A stretch of 64,000 nucleotides of DNA, from the NCBI GenBank assembly GCA_965285935.1, contig OZ260662.1, positions 98,394,001 to 98,458,000 on the forward strand. Direction: 5' to 3'. Origin of the DNA: Ophelia neglecta. Lineage: Eukaryota. Below are positions 28,101 to 43,100 of the stretch, in pieces (position 1 is the stretch's first letter; every line of letters begins with the position of its first letter). Under the pieces are notes generated by a model. The model was given only the letters and a program-made list of their open reading frames with translations, made no database searches and was not told where the DNA came from. A program made the translations under genes and the position numbers.

Positions 28101-31100
28101 GTCCATATTCAGTATAGAATGGTATAGGTAGTAACCATATGTCAAAACAATATGGCGTCCATAGCTATTTAACTGTTTGCAAGGAAACCTGTTGTGCTAT
28201 TGATCTCCTGTTATTGATCATTTTCAGTGAACGATTAATGAATTAGTTGTACAAGTATGGCGGCCTGGTCTAAGATAGCTTAGAGGTCAGAGTCATGAAC
28301 ACATGTTCACAGATCTAGACAATGAAAATAATTCAACAGGATATTATAGACTCCCATACGTTTGCAAATTTCGTATTTACTTGTTACGGCACAGCGCAGA
28401 GATTAGTTATTGGTAATATAATACAAAGTAGTTCATTGGCTGGTCAACTAGTGCGAAATGAAAACAAACATTAGGGTGCTAGTGTGATTATTCTTGTGAG
28501 AAAATAATGCTATTTAGTAGATCTAAGAAGGCCGAGTTACAGTTTACAAACAGACTCAGGGATTCGTACATTTAAACATGTACTCTCTCACCTGCCGGAA
28601 TTAATACATAGGACTTTCTGCTCTCGAATTGCAAATATACTGAATGACTTTCGGCGTTTATAACTGAAACTACAAAGACGGCCAATATTTGTCTTGGTGA
28701 ATATATATTTCAAGACATGTTCAAGTCTTGTCTCGTATCTTTTTGTTTCAACATGGCAAACTAAGGTGCAAGTTTCCAAGTAAATGAATGAGTCATACCT
28801 CTCAGATTTCGTTTTGTGGAAGTGCTCGCCAACTGCACCTAAGGCCCCTTAACTGGAATTTGCCCTCTTTGTCCTCGGCAAAAAATCACCTTACATGCGG
28901 CGTCTGCTTAAAGCAAGACTGAATGGTCGCGAGAAAATGAGGATTATTTTGTTTAAGGCTGGTTGTATATGGTAGACTGATAACAGGGTGTTCCCTTAAA
29001 GCTTATCCAATATATCAGTTTGCGGTTTTGCATTTTCTCATTATAAGCGGCTGCTAGTACCAAAAACTGTAGTGATTTTGGCCAAGACGTGCTTATCAGT
29101 TGGTTGACAATATAGAGTTTTTTGCTGAATGCTTTTTCAAGAATCTCCATAACAGCTCAAAGCTCCGGAGCGGCTTCAGCCATGCATTCCCAAACACCCA
29201 GTGTTTCTCAGGCAAATAAAGGTTTTGCAGACGTGACAAGCAGGCTAACATTCACAAAGGCTGACTGGTTGCTTTTAATTTGGTATTAAAAACAGTTACC
29301 AGCATCGGGTAAGTCCGGTGTTATGGACACACACGAGCGCAACCAGTCAATTATAATTTTCACCAATCAATGCTGAGGCGAACAAATTATCATAGTACAT
29401 TGCATGTTTGCTGTGTGCTCGTTAAATCCGATTAGAGCGATCCATCCGTCATTTTGGATAAATGAAGCTTGTGAATGGAGACCCATATCTGTCTTGATGC
29501 TCTATAATCATATGAACCTAGCTATTTATTGCACTCCAATCAGCTCGTGGCTTTACCAATTCAACATTCAATCAGTGCCTGCCACGTCGGCATTTCCGAT
29601 GAATGAAATCGGAATGCCAGGGGTTAATAAAATTTGATGGCCTTTCGGTAATGACAGACTGCGTATGTTAAGGGTTACAGTATGAACAATAGTTAAAAAC
29701 TGAAGAAGAAAGTGATGCATAGCTTGTGATAAGTTTTTTATCAGCTGCTTGTATATTTGCGACAAAGCATACTTGATGCAGCGGTTCCGCCTCAGTTGGC
29801 ACAAATAAGTACCGTTTGTTTAATGTCGCGTCAGAAGCGCTTCTCCCCGTCATCGTAAAGATATCAGCCTTCGTTTACTCTGGCCTATGGGCACTGCCGT
29901 ATTGAGTGTATTAATCATATACAGCATATCGGAAATACCAACAATATTGTGATAGTAACAATCTTATCAAAAAACGTGCCTTAATGTCTTTTTTTCGGCA
30001 GTCTCCTCGTAGGCGCGAGTTGACAGTCAGGCACCCGGGCGGGTTAATCATGATGGCAGACTGGACTCACGTGCGGTCCACCGTTTGGTTGTACGCCCCG
30101 TATGTCAATGTTGTCTGATACAGACATACTAAGTCTATGGCTGACCCGGTTGCCCTCGATTCACAATGTCGAGAGGTCACTACAAGAGGTGTTTTTTTTA
30201 GTTTGATGTGTAAGTTGTGCGCTGTCCACAGATTACCTGACGAACGCCTGCGTTCGGCACTGCGTGATGCAGTACAATATCAAAGTTTACTAGAAGATCA
30301 GTGCGTAAACTTAGACCAAACACTCAGATAACACGGCTCCCCTGAACAAAAGGTGATTCATGGTAACTCCGTATAACATGTGGGCGCTCAGTATTTATTT
30401 TGCTTTAAATATTTTCTTAGATCGAGACAGGGCCTAGCATTCCTCAACATACTCACGGTCCCTCCCACCACGGTACCTGTTAAGTTCTACTGCGGTAAGC
30501 GACATTCGCTCGCCTTCTCACGGACTTGGGAGAAATCAGGGATATATCTCTTCAGTTTTTATGGTCCTTGAGTTATGATCCACTGCTGTTAGCAGTTCTG
30601 CCCCCTACCGGGGGGGGGGGGGGGGGCAATAAGTTAGTTTGTTTGGGACTACATGTACATCGGACGATGGCCTTGTGACAGTCAGAACTAGTAAAGCCAA
30701 TTACAACTCACAGCGCTATATAACCATTGGTTGACACGAGAGTGGCAGGTGTGTATCTGTGACGTCAAGTGCCCTGACGTATGACTTTATTGCCCTTCCC
30801 GCTGGGTACTGGGGCCTGAACACTGCACCGATGTGCAAAATGCTAACACACTCCCCTGTACATTCTTCAACACGGCACTTTAATATTGACCTTGCTATGC
30901 CTCACATAAAGTAGTCCATTCATGCCGAATACAGACAGTAAATATGTATAATTACATAGCCTTACAAGGCAGTAAAAATCACTTTGTTGATTGAAAACTT
31001 AATCAAATCCAATTGACGGGCGTCTCAAAGTCCATTTTTAAGTATGCCTACTTGTAAATTACCTATTTTACGTAAACATATTTTTATATTGTATAGAATA

Positions 31101-34100
31101 ATATTGGAGTGAATGCATTGGGACAGTAAGGGAGATACAATTTGTGTATCCACTGTGGGTCGTGTTGGCCTTCGCTGCTGTAGACTCCTTCATGGCGAGT
31201 ATAACATCAAACCAAATAATTAGAATCGAAGAAAAGGCAGGCTTATCAATAAGATGGCAATTTGTTAAGTTGCCTACCAAGTGCAGTCGTGTATCTAACA
31301 TAACAACAAAGCAGCACTTGAATTGTGAACATTGTGGAAAGAACATATTTCGTGTCGCGAAGTTCTTAGAATAAGAGGAGCGAAGGTTTGTTTGGCACGT
31401 CACATCGCCTGTTTAGTGTAATGATTTGACATTGTCTGATAGGTCATTTTTTAAGTACAAATCCTTGCAACAGATCTTACCGATTTGCGTGCGCAAATTG
31501 CATATCAATTTTCCTAACATAATCCATATTTAGAGATTCCGCCAGAGATTAGTTAGCCAATAGCTGTAGCGCCAAAGAGACGAGGGCGGGACCCAGTAAT
31601 ATTATGTTCTATGTCAGTGAAGGTTGTCGTTTTTTAGCCCCCACCTAATATTCAAAAGATCACAGCCCTGTGGACCTTATGACTCAGACGTAGGGGTACA
31701 CTTTTTTAACCTGACTCTTTGGAGAAATACCAGCAAGTTGAGGCTATGCCTGCAATAGAAAACCTGTTGAGCGCATATGTACCTAATCATTATAAAACGT
31801 CGCGCGAACTCTCGATATAACGAGACATCACGTGGGTTGTTAAAAGGAAATAAAATGGCAAACCGTAAAGCTATCTGGCAGCCATCAATTTGTATTACCA
31901 GCAATGGAACTCAATAAACAGGGAGACAGACACAAATTAACTCACAAACATCCATGGCACTTATCTAAGGATATAGACTAATTCGGCTTAAGACCTAAAA
32001 TTCTAGAGCTCAGAACAAGGTTTGTTTCTGTCGTCTGCGAATAACGCAGGTACACTTTCTTTAGCCACAAGCTGTGATGTCTCTATCAAAATAAAGCTAT
32101 TGATGGGGAAATTAACAAATAATGGGTGCAAGATGTGTGTGCTCCAGGCTATACTTCTAGCTACCTACGTTTATACTTTAGCCTAAATATATTTATCTCT
32201 AATCGTACACACATGTTGCTATATTCAAAGTTGTTTCAAAGTCTAGAGAGAATCAGTTTGCCTCCTGAGGTATTCGCCTTATTGATAAGCTAAACTCACG
32301 CAAACATGTTCTGTGAAAACAATATAATTACTTAACACTATTGATTACACGCCGCTTGATAAACTGACAATAAACAAGTGCCCATGGTCGATTATGTTGA
32401 GACTAATCAGCCTGGAGGTGACCAGCCTCTATCAACAACACATTAAGGGACAATGCCCCTATTATCGCCTTCTGTGGCCCACAATAAGCGATAACAATAA
32501 GCCATTAAATGAATTTGTCCAAATGGCTGTATTATGATACCTTGAGCGTTCAAATGCCAGTTCTGATTAACTGAAATGTTAGTCATGCGTGTAAAGAATT
32601 CATGTTTAGTATCGATTTATCGAATGACTCTTAGACCTTCAGCCATCTTTGGGGCAAATTTCAATGGCTGAATAAACAAACGTCAAAGTAGACGACAAAA
32701 TTATCCGTCAGGTTATTTTTTAACTTGGATTTCCATGAAACTTGTTGATTGCCACCACAAGGACAAAGTCGTGAAACAATTCAGCTCGTTTTGTAGATAC
32801 CACATGACTCGAAATAATCAATAATTATGTATATAAATATATCGGTAAATGATAATATTTATAGGTCGGGTAACTGGGCAGACTTGATGATAAAATGTGC
32901 TAATGTCCTATAATTAGAGGGTATCATATCTCAAGTAGAGAGGCCACACTCGGGCAGGAGATATCACTCCTTAAACCTAAGTTAGTATCTCTACAAATTG
33001 GCTTGATTTCTACTGAAAATAGATAAGAAAGGGTATGATCTCTCTTTCCTTGCTATTATTTATCTGGACATATTAACAACCAGAAATAAGTAGCTTTAGT
33101 CGTGTTGACGTGCGAAATGTCGCTCAAGCAGACGACCAGTGACGTAATAAAGGGAATTCGAAAAATTCTTTTTAGAATAACAAATAATGATTGATAACAG
33201 ATGCCTGCCCCTCCCACCATGGGGTAATATTTAGTAATGTCACTATGATGAACAGGCAGTGAAAAACAGAAACTTATGTTGGGCGTAAATACCTTTTTTA
33301 TGAACCAGGTCAGTGCTGACCAAAATTGATGCCAAAATACATAATGGTGGGCAACAACTTGACAGACGGCGCGACTGCTCAACGAAAATAGCTAAGATGG
33401 TTTCCAATCGCAAGAAAATACTGAACAGCTCAAATAGCCCCGTGCCCTCTCATTAGTGGGACGCTTGTGTGTAGAAGGTATTTTTGTTCGAGCTATCTGC
33501 TGAGGATGATAGGTGTGGTGGGGGTGGGTATGTTTTGGAGGTTTCTATACAGCAAGCACTCCTGTGGAGACCTAGTCAAAAAACGTACTGGTCATACACT
33601 AGATAGGCGCAGACATGATCTGTTGTTGCATATTGTTGTCAGCTCTATTATTTGAATGTCATTTAACCCTCACATAACAAGTGATGGAGTGCTGATGGGG
33701 AGAGAGCCAGACTATTTTGGGATTCTGACATTCATGAGGTCTCTTTGGTGCAGCTCAATGCACCCTAGCAGTACATGTATGTATTTGTCATCGGTAAACA
33801 GCGCGTTGTGCCAGCCAGCCAATTATTGTGGAACACGCGAGAAAAAGGCCAGCGAAAGGGAAATTATTCCTCTCTCTCCAGTGCAATTACCAGATTTCAG
33901 TCCTGGGACAACTCCCCTGAAATTGTCCATGAACGCGGCAATTTCCATTCTTCAAACACTAGTGTCAGTGCCAGACAGATTTACTAGCAAGGTAGTCTTA
34001 AATGGATACAAAGGGAATCCTGTTTTCAATATACCGTTCAGTTACTACTTGCTTTCAACAATTTGCTCTGCGGCACTGGGAGGTCATTCACTTTACTGTG

Positions 34101-37100
34101 TCTCAAAAGTTGTGCCCCTCATCCCCGCCTCGCCCTTATTTACCCCCTTTCCACGCCCTCCCCATACACTTCGCTTAGGGAACTACACGTAAGGTTGCAA
34201 CACGTTTTATCAAAGAAGTGCGAACTGTTTCAGTTGTCATTTTAGTGCATATCAGATTGAAAGAAATTCGTTTGTTCGATTATTAAATTTATTGTTACAC
34301 ATATTACAACAGCCTGCTTACTCGTCTGAGCGAGGACGTCTGGGTACACAACTGAAAACTACTCCCAAAATTAGGCAATTACGTCAATTTACTTGTCTGT
34401 GTAATTTGTGGAGAAAAAATCTCTGACACGTTTCCCACACAGTTCGCCCTTTATGCTCAGACCCCAATTTTATCATTTGTAATGGTTTCACCTTGTTTTT
34501 TTTTATAGAAATCAAGTGCATGGTTCGTCCGGTTGTTTTATATGTTTGTTTTTCACTTTGCTAGGAGGGATATATTTCGAGCACGGGCAGATAAGCCTAT
34601 CTAAACTACTTTTCCTTTCCCTCTTGTCAGTTTAGGGGTTAAACAGAGAGAGATGCTCATATAATTGTCGTGCCCTTTTTGTGACACACACATTGATATT
34701 TTCAAAGCATAATTAAATGCATTTAAATGCATACCAAACCTGCGTCCATCTGTATTAGAGGTGTGAAAACTCGGAATGAAATGACCAAGACTAACTGAAC
34801 AATATAAATCATCACGGCCTTTCAAGTGTCATTTGCAATTGACCAAAATTGTTTTGCCGAAATACCATAAAATAGAATGGGTTCATGGCGAAAAAAGGGT
34901 GAACAACGGTCGCATTCAACAGGTGCCATTGGTAATGGTTTCACATACCGGTGCATGCATTCTTTGGTCAGAACGAGGCTGGACGCTAGCGGCCTGTGCG
35001 TGCCTTGTGGACCACCCATTCATGTCTGATGACCTTTGTGGTGACCTTCGTGAATAAAGACGCCAAAGGCTATAAACAGACTACGTACTAACGTGGGAAC
35101 ACGGCCAAAACCACCCCCGGTACATAACCGGAGGCATCATCTTTCTTTGTATGATAAAAACATGGTATCGAATGTATTTTGATCGATGATAATGTTTCAC
35201 TTGATAGGGCAGGCTTATCTAATAGATCCTTTTTTACCGTGCATTATTATCATGTGGATCCAGGCAGTTGGAAAAACACAAGAAAGGGGTGTATTGGTGG
35301 TTTACTTAAAGCTTATATGGGACAGTTTCTCCTTCCCTTCTCAAGGAAAATATGGCACACTTTACCCTTCTAGAAACGCTGTCGTGCAATTTGGAGCCTT
35401 AAAAAGCCCTCCACAGATCATACAGTGTATAAAAGTTCATTAGCCATATTTATCACCCATATAAATCGGATTTGATAAGTCCAAGCTGCGTAAAAACTTT
35501 ATTTCTGGCACATATTTCCTAAAATCCTTAATCTTGGATTACTCTGGCCATAACTCCCGATCGTAACTCGCATTTAATCCGTCTTCTGCGAAACCTAATC
35601 GGTTAAAGGCAGATAAAGTCCACCATTAATCGGCCACTGACAATGTAAACCGAGTTTATGCATGGCGTACACGGCCATTTTATATCGTGTACCTTGTATC
35701 TTGTACGACATGCCCATATAAGGTAACAAACTGTCCACACTACATCTTGATGTATGACAGGCACTTGATGTATTAAAAGGTCTCAACAAGCTACTTCCAA
35801 ATATGTTCGGAATTTATTCGTCATTATTCGGCGAATCTTCCTGAAAAGTAGCCAATTTAACTTATATTTGGATTTAATCAGCCTAGGTTGGTAATCGCCT
35901 TTATACAAAAAAGGAAATGGTTAATAAAAAGACGTTCTGAGCGTACCTGCCGAAGATAGTGGGCCTTTTGTCGTCTGCTAACAAAAGCATTCAATGGCGG
36001 CCAACATTGCATACCAGATGAGCGTATGATGAAAAGAAACATTTAATTAACCGGAATTTTCTTTTCTGATGGAAAGTTAGTGAATGTGTGTTGTAAGCGG
36101 GTCTGTAATCGTGGGTCATGTGATTTGTTACCACGACAGGCAGGTGCCTGATGACAAGGCCGGCGTATGGTCAAGCACATGAAAAGAAGATCCTGGCTAT
36201 AAACTTAAAGGGGTGTTCCGCGTCAGTTTTGATGTTACCTTGGGGGTCGCACGGAATGCTAAGGCGAACGACTTGAAATGACAATAAATGGCTAGCGAAT
36301 GCCAATTGAATGTCTGAACTATGTCGATAAATCATAGTAAGGTATTTGTTGATGATGCGATGCATTGACAACATCGTTAGCGGTTCACCGGCGCGCGAAA
36401 GACGCGCATTAATACAGAGGTCGAGGTCAAGTTCATTCAAGGACTGCCCGCTGTGATCCTGACCCGCATTTTATTGAATAATCTTTCACATGGATTTGCC
36501 ACGTACAATATAGAAAATCATGTGAGTGTAATCGAAGACATATTCAAGACAACAAAGAAGCTTCCCGAGGCTGCTTTAATCGGGAACAACAAGTCCCCAC
36601 AATGACATAATCATCTGGGGTGTTGAGGTGTTTTCCACCACAAGGTAAACGCCAGCGCACATTCTTAACTTCAAAGCCAGCTCAGCGTGAGTTATAAATG
36701 AAAAGTGGCGAGTCCATTTTGGATGTTATGGTTGCTGAAGCTTAGCCCACGTTAAGCTCCTGTCAGCTAGTGGAGGCTAATATTAGCTCCAGGTAATCTA
36801 AACAAAATGTATTCACATCAAAGTAAGCTCCTGTATTGGTGTAATTGAGTGACAAAATACTGACGAAAACCAAGTTTTTTTTTCTGGCGATGCTTGCCCA
36901 TGGAGTAGTATTACAATTGCCAGTGCGTTTCCGTATTCATTATTCTAGTGATGATCTGGCAGGAAAGCATCTTGGTAGTTTCTCGCCATGCAATGTTTCT
37001 TCGACTTTTCCCCTTACTATATACACAAACATTCCCAAAATAAAACTGTGATATTCGTCCGCCATCGCCAGTGATAGTGTATATTTTCGCGTCGTTATCT

Positions 37101-40100
37101 TGGTCGTTTATCCGGGTTACTCATCCGTTCTGGTACAAGGTCAAGGCACCCATGGGCTCTCTTATTTTACCTGTCTAACCTTTCACTTCACCCACCGTTA
37201 TATCTCTCCCGGCAGCTTATATAACTGCCATGTAGTACTAAAACACATCTGACCTCAATTTAATTAATAATAAATACACAATTATAAGCTTATATGTGCC
37301 TTTTCATGTGAAATGCATTGCTTTGAATCATGATAGTCATTCATTCGGTATCTAAGAAATAGCTTTGGATAGTTTACATGAAATGCTGCTAATAAAACCC
37401 AACACGGACCCTTATTTTAATCATTTATTTTAAAGCCATACTTAAGTCCGCCATTCTGTTATTCAGACTCGACGAGGCCAGCAACGTTATCGCATCTGAC
37501 CGCGAGAAGTTGGAGAGACAAAACCAACAGCTGTCTGACTACGAGGCCGAGATCAACCTTCTGCGCAGGCGCCTTGAGAGCCTGGAGAGCGATAGAGACC
37601 GCGACAAGAAGGAAATCGCCCGCCTACAGGAGGCGCTCACAAGAGCCAGACTCGTGAGTAGTATACGCTGTCCTCAGTAGCATTCAGAATAGATTTCAAA
37701 CAAAAGATTTAAAATTTCTTTGCAAAAGTGCCAATTTCTCTTATGAAGTCTCGATACAAGAACCATGGCATAGAATATTAAAGAATTCATAAAACAAGTG
37801 GCTGTTGGTAACACGTGACCTTTCCCCTTGCGTAGCTATAAGTTGTTATAAATAATGACCCATTGATGCATACAGTAAAACCAATCTCCTGAGAGTCATT
37901 GCAATGTTAACATGAAACAGTGTCTGTATTATTGACTCTGTACCGACTCCTTGTGACATTATTTCGTAATCTGTGGCGGCAGTGGGATTGTAAATCTTCC
38001 TTGAGTATTAATGAGGAATAGATCATCAGGAGACCGCTGCAAAGCCTTGGGGAAAGGTCGGGAATGTGACTCAGCCTCAGAATGATGTGTCTAGATTTAG
38101 CAAATCGTGATCCCAATAAATGGCATTATAATGAAATTACCTATAGACTGTGCATTGAATGAGAATGAGTGTGTCTTTGTGGGATTTCTAGTTGCATCCT
38201 TTTCAATGAAATCGTCGTGCTATGACCTCCAGAGCATGGCGCTGAGCTATTAGATTGTCTGTAAGATAAGGGACAAGGAAACGAAGAAGACATAGATCAG
38301 ACATTCACGAGCTAGGTGGCGAGTCAGTTTCCTTGGGTTATCTAGGTCCACGCAGGTAAAGAAGAATCTCAAATATCCAGGTTGGCTCAGCCAAGGATGC
38401 GAGTGTTTTATGTAGTTCGGGGAAGCGATAATGAGCGCGGCTGACTCTCTCACGAAATTAAGTCTAGTTCTCTTAGAAAGCTTGCCAAGTAAAGAGGCAT
38501 GTAAAAAGTAAATAGCAAAAGCTACTACCTGCTTAAAAATTGCTAGTCAAAACCACATTTTGGGTTTCCAATTCTAGTTTTTAACATGTTTAAATATAGT
38601 TTGGGTTATCTTTATAATAAGTAAGCATTTATGTCTAGTGCAAGTGAGTCAAGTGTCTCTCCAAAGGAAAGCTCGGTCCGCATAGTTAGGCATTGGAGAT
38701 GTAGCAACAACGACTGCTGTTTTGTCAATTAAATTTGAGATTTTTTGGGACAATTTTCGTCTCCCAATTTACCATTAATTAGTCTACATATTTCTACTTG
38801 TACTGAACACAACAGTGCTTTATTGTTGTCAACCAAAGTCACTCACATTTCTTTATGAGTCACTAAAAGGTAGGAATACATAGAGGAAAATATATAAATA
38901 TATATACGAAACAAATTGTATGGCATTTGAAAGACTTAACGCAGCAGCTGACAGCTCAACATTGCCGCGTAGCTATACTGCCGGTGAAAGCTAGGCTGTT
39001 TTACAACTACTCTCTGCTAATTGATTGATTTTTTTGTTATTCTATCATGTTTCCGAGTATAGTAGAGTTAGTTGGGGCCCGGCTACCTGCCACACACACC
39101 TGTCACCGGGCAGACGACGGTAATAACAGGCGGTCTATAGCTAGCTTTATCGGCTCTAGGTATAGGGGTGAAACAGGCTGTCATTCTATACGGCTATACA
39201 TGTATGCCTTACATTGTATATAATCCGAGCTGATTATCATCGAGATAAGCTCCCTGGCGATGTTAAATATGTATACAATTAGTTTTAAATAATCAATAAT
39301 ATTGTTAATTCATCAAAGTATATGTATTATTGCTACAGTAAGGCAATAGGGGAGCTGCCCGTGATACCGGTAGCTATTTAGTGCATGATGGTTTCCGCCA
39401 GTCAAATGCTTGCCCTTTCACTTTCTTGTTTACTTATAAATAAAATAGTCTTTGAATTTTGCAAGTGTTTTGAGACACTTATTTGAGACACTCATGACAT
39501 GCTATAAAGTGGTTTGGCTTGTATATTGCCGGATATAAGATATAGTGACCTTTTATGCATCTGTCTGGTAGCCGTCAATTTTATGAGACATAGAAATTTG
39601 ATAAAGGAAATAGGAAATTCCTCCACGCTTGGCTACCTTCAATTTTTTGTGAATGGTCCCAATTCAAGCGTTATACAGACAATGGCTCCTGTAGTCTGGT
39701 AGTGAGACAACCTCTGTATGACCTCTGGAGTTCATATAATTATATACCTGCGTCTCTTGTTGCCTGTTTGTGTGCCATATGACAATAAAAACCCTATAAT
39801 TTATAACCTTCTTAGAACACCTGAACCTGGTATGCTGGTGTGAGTTGTCGCCCAATTGATCTAAAGTTCATGCCAGGGTCATGACCAGTTCGGACAAACA
39901 CGGGGATGGTAAATCCGTGTTGAAGGCAAACACACTCAACATGGCATATGACTTTTGTTAAACATTTGTAGGCATCTTAAAACGGGATTGTTTGCCGAAA
40001 GGACGATATAAGCTGGGTCTTGTTTGGGAACTGGCAATTGTATTTGGGTTTGAGAGTATATTGTCATGCTTTTACGGACTTAGCATTTACGGTATTTAAT

Positions 40101-43100
40101 TGTAAATGGAGCTCACATGTTTATTAAATGTCAGTTTTGCCCGCTGTCTGTAGCGTCTTGTTTCCAAATCAATACTTTGAACTTTGGCCCAGGTTTCATA
40201 AACTTAGAGCACCCAAAACCACCTGCCCCTTGAGCCAGTCCCTGCTAACCATTGCTGGTTATCGCTAGGTCTTAACCCGAGGAAAAATCACCTGAATCTT
40301 TCGACCGAAGACGCTGCGTCTGGTATCCCTACGCCCACTTATATTTCCTCAACCGGACTACTTCAAATGCCAGGAATGTTGCTTCTCTTATAATGCTCTG
40401 CCCGGTCAGTTGGGTCAATCTGTACTTCCCATAACATCGACTCCCGTTTTAAGTCACTACTTCGCAGTTTGCTGGCCAGATTTTTCGATCTCTAGGCTAT
40501 GCTGAGATGCATATATATACATTTGACTCATCTGAGGAATTCAACCTAAGTCTAGTCTAGGATTAATCATACTATTTTTTCCACGGGGAGAATCAGTCCA
40601 ACAAGCAGGCTTGAGCTCCCAGGCTTGTCACACTATTAAACAAACCCTTTGATTTAAATTGCTGCTAGGGCTCTTTCTGCCAAGAAACCTTTTCGCTGTT
40701 GCCTCACATTTCAGTTAAACCGATTAAGTTGGTAAGACACCGACATACTAAAAGATACACCACTGCCAGACAGATTCTACGTTTGTCAACCAGCCGTAAG
40801 AGGTTGCCCTGGCAACCACGATTCATATCTTAGAAATAACTCAGAAATATACGCAAGGTGAAGCCTTATCTTTCATAATGCAATAAAACAATATTTTCAT
40901 AGACATTGCAAAACAGCCTGATGTAAGCAGTATAGAGGTCTCAGTTCGAGACATGTACATGCCCTCACTGGATATGCCCCTGCAGTTTTATTAGTCATTT
41001 AAGCTATATATAAACTAGGCTTATCTCGGCCGTGTTTCGGAGTAATCTACCTGGCGGTGGTATCAAAATGATTTAGATAAGTGAGATACATGTCGGGCCA
41101 TGTACAAGCTGAGACTTGTTGGCCGCCAATTTCATAGTGAGTAGACTTCTGACCCGTGTCCCGATGGTGGTCAAACCTGATATCACGGCGCTGACATCCC
41201 TCAGCCGTCAGTACGGAGAAGAGTGCTTCTGCCTCGCTGTAAAATACCTGAGCATCCTCCCTGGAGGTCTATACATAGCATGTCATATTGCTAAATAGTC
41301 GTACATCATACTTCACAGGGTTTATAAATACACAAGATATTGCTAGCGTGTGTTATTTATTGCTGAAAAGGTATACCCCAGGGTAAAGTTGTATGACCCA
41401 CTCTCGCATTTCTACCAGCATGCCCGTGGTGAAGATAACTGTGTCAATAGGTGGCGCTGCTCGTAGGAATGAGTGCAGCCACTGTAAATATCGACTCTGG
41501 ATAATCTCTTCAGTCACTGAGCAGGCAATCTAGCCATGTCAAAAGACGAATCCAAACTTCTTAGTACATTTGTTGAGTGGGTCAGTACCTTGCCACAGAC
41601 AAATATTAAGGCTGATTGTTTGCAAAGCCAACGACATCCGTTAAACTAGCGATGGCTCCCTGGCGGCGAATGAATTCATTCTTTACCCAGCTTCGAATAA
41701 TTGGAAGTGCCAATTTTGCACGTGGGAAATTAACCAGTTCTCTGATGCTGCGATCTACGTACTCTGTGGTTGCCAAGGGGCTGAATAAAACCTGTCTTTA
41801 TACTGTAATAAAATGATTTGCGCATACTCGGCACATAGCGGCCGATCTCGTGCCCTGCATAATTAAAGGGAGGCTGTTTTTGTACCTCCACTGCCAGAGA
41901 GTGAAGCCACTGTATAGGCCAGGTGACTTATCGATCTCGTTCCATTTTATGACGTTATTTCAGACATGTGCTTTAATATCGCCCATGATAAACCTCCATT
42001 AATCAAGTCTGTCTGGATAACATAAAATCAGACATACCGGGTGTGATATATCAATGTCAGCTGGTTGGAATTGAAATTGACCGATTTATATAAATTTGAC
42101 CCGAGACCCTATCAGATCCTATCGGTTTATTTGATAAGGAATGTGTCGATGACATGTAGGGGACATACTTAAGAAAATTCCCAGAGCGATAAGTTCTGAT
42201 CAACCTCCATTTTAAGTTCACCTGTCTCGATACTCGTGTTGATCAGCAACCAAGTAACGCCGCCTGTCCCAAGACACCCCAGATAACATCCGGGTTCTTG
42301 ATTGTTCACCCGGACATTTACATGACAAAGAGCGTCTATTGTGGAGAATGATATGGCGGTCTCATTGAAAACAGCCAACTGAACACAGCTTATCATTATT
42401 TGAAGAGAATTCTAGTTGATTGTGTCAAATAAAAAACGACTCGGCCTCAATATAAACATGCACCGAACCCAAGTACAAAGCCCGTATCATAATTTGTTTT
42501 CGTAAACTTGTCAAATTGTGCAGAAGCGTACGTCACACACACACACATATGTTGACTGCAAATAAATTATCGCTGGAGGTTTTTGCATTGATAACTGGTC
42601 CCATAACCTTTCTCGAAAATCCATTTGTAAAATGGTTTGTTTTATGATATCCAGCCACGGTTAATGAACAGACAGGCGATCTATTTCCATTCAGTCATAT
42701 CAACAATTGTTTTGCAAAAATGCACGCTGTGCAAATACATTAGAAAACTCGACTTCAATTACTCTCGACCCGGCTTTTGTGTTAAGATCAATTTGAGCCA
42801 GAATAAAAGTGTATTTAAATATGTTATCGTGGGGTATTGCACTAGACTTGTGGAAATAGAAAGATGTTTAATCGCGAGGAAATCCACCATTATCCCCAAA
42901 TGTATAGAAAGAGTGCATTTGAAAAACGGGCCAAATGGCTTTCTGACTGTATAGAGCCATGCAAGCGTATGGCTCTAAACCCTTCCCATTCATAGTCTTA
43001 GATTCATAAGATTGGATTAATACTGTCTAAGCTATTCACGCCTGGGTTACAAAAAGGTTCTGAGACCGTCTTGTCTGGTAATATAGTAGAAGGAATGACG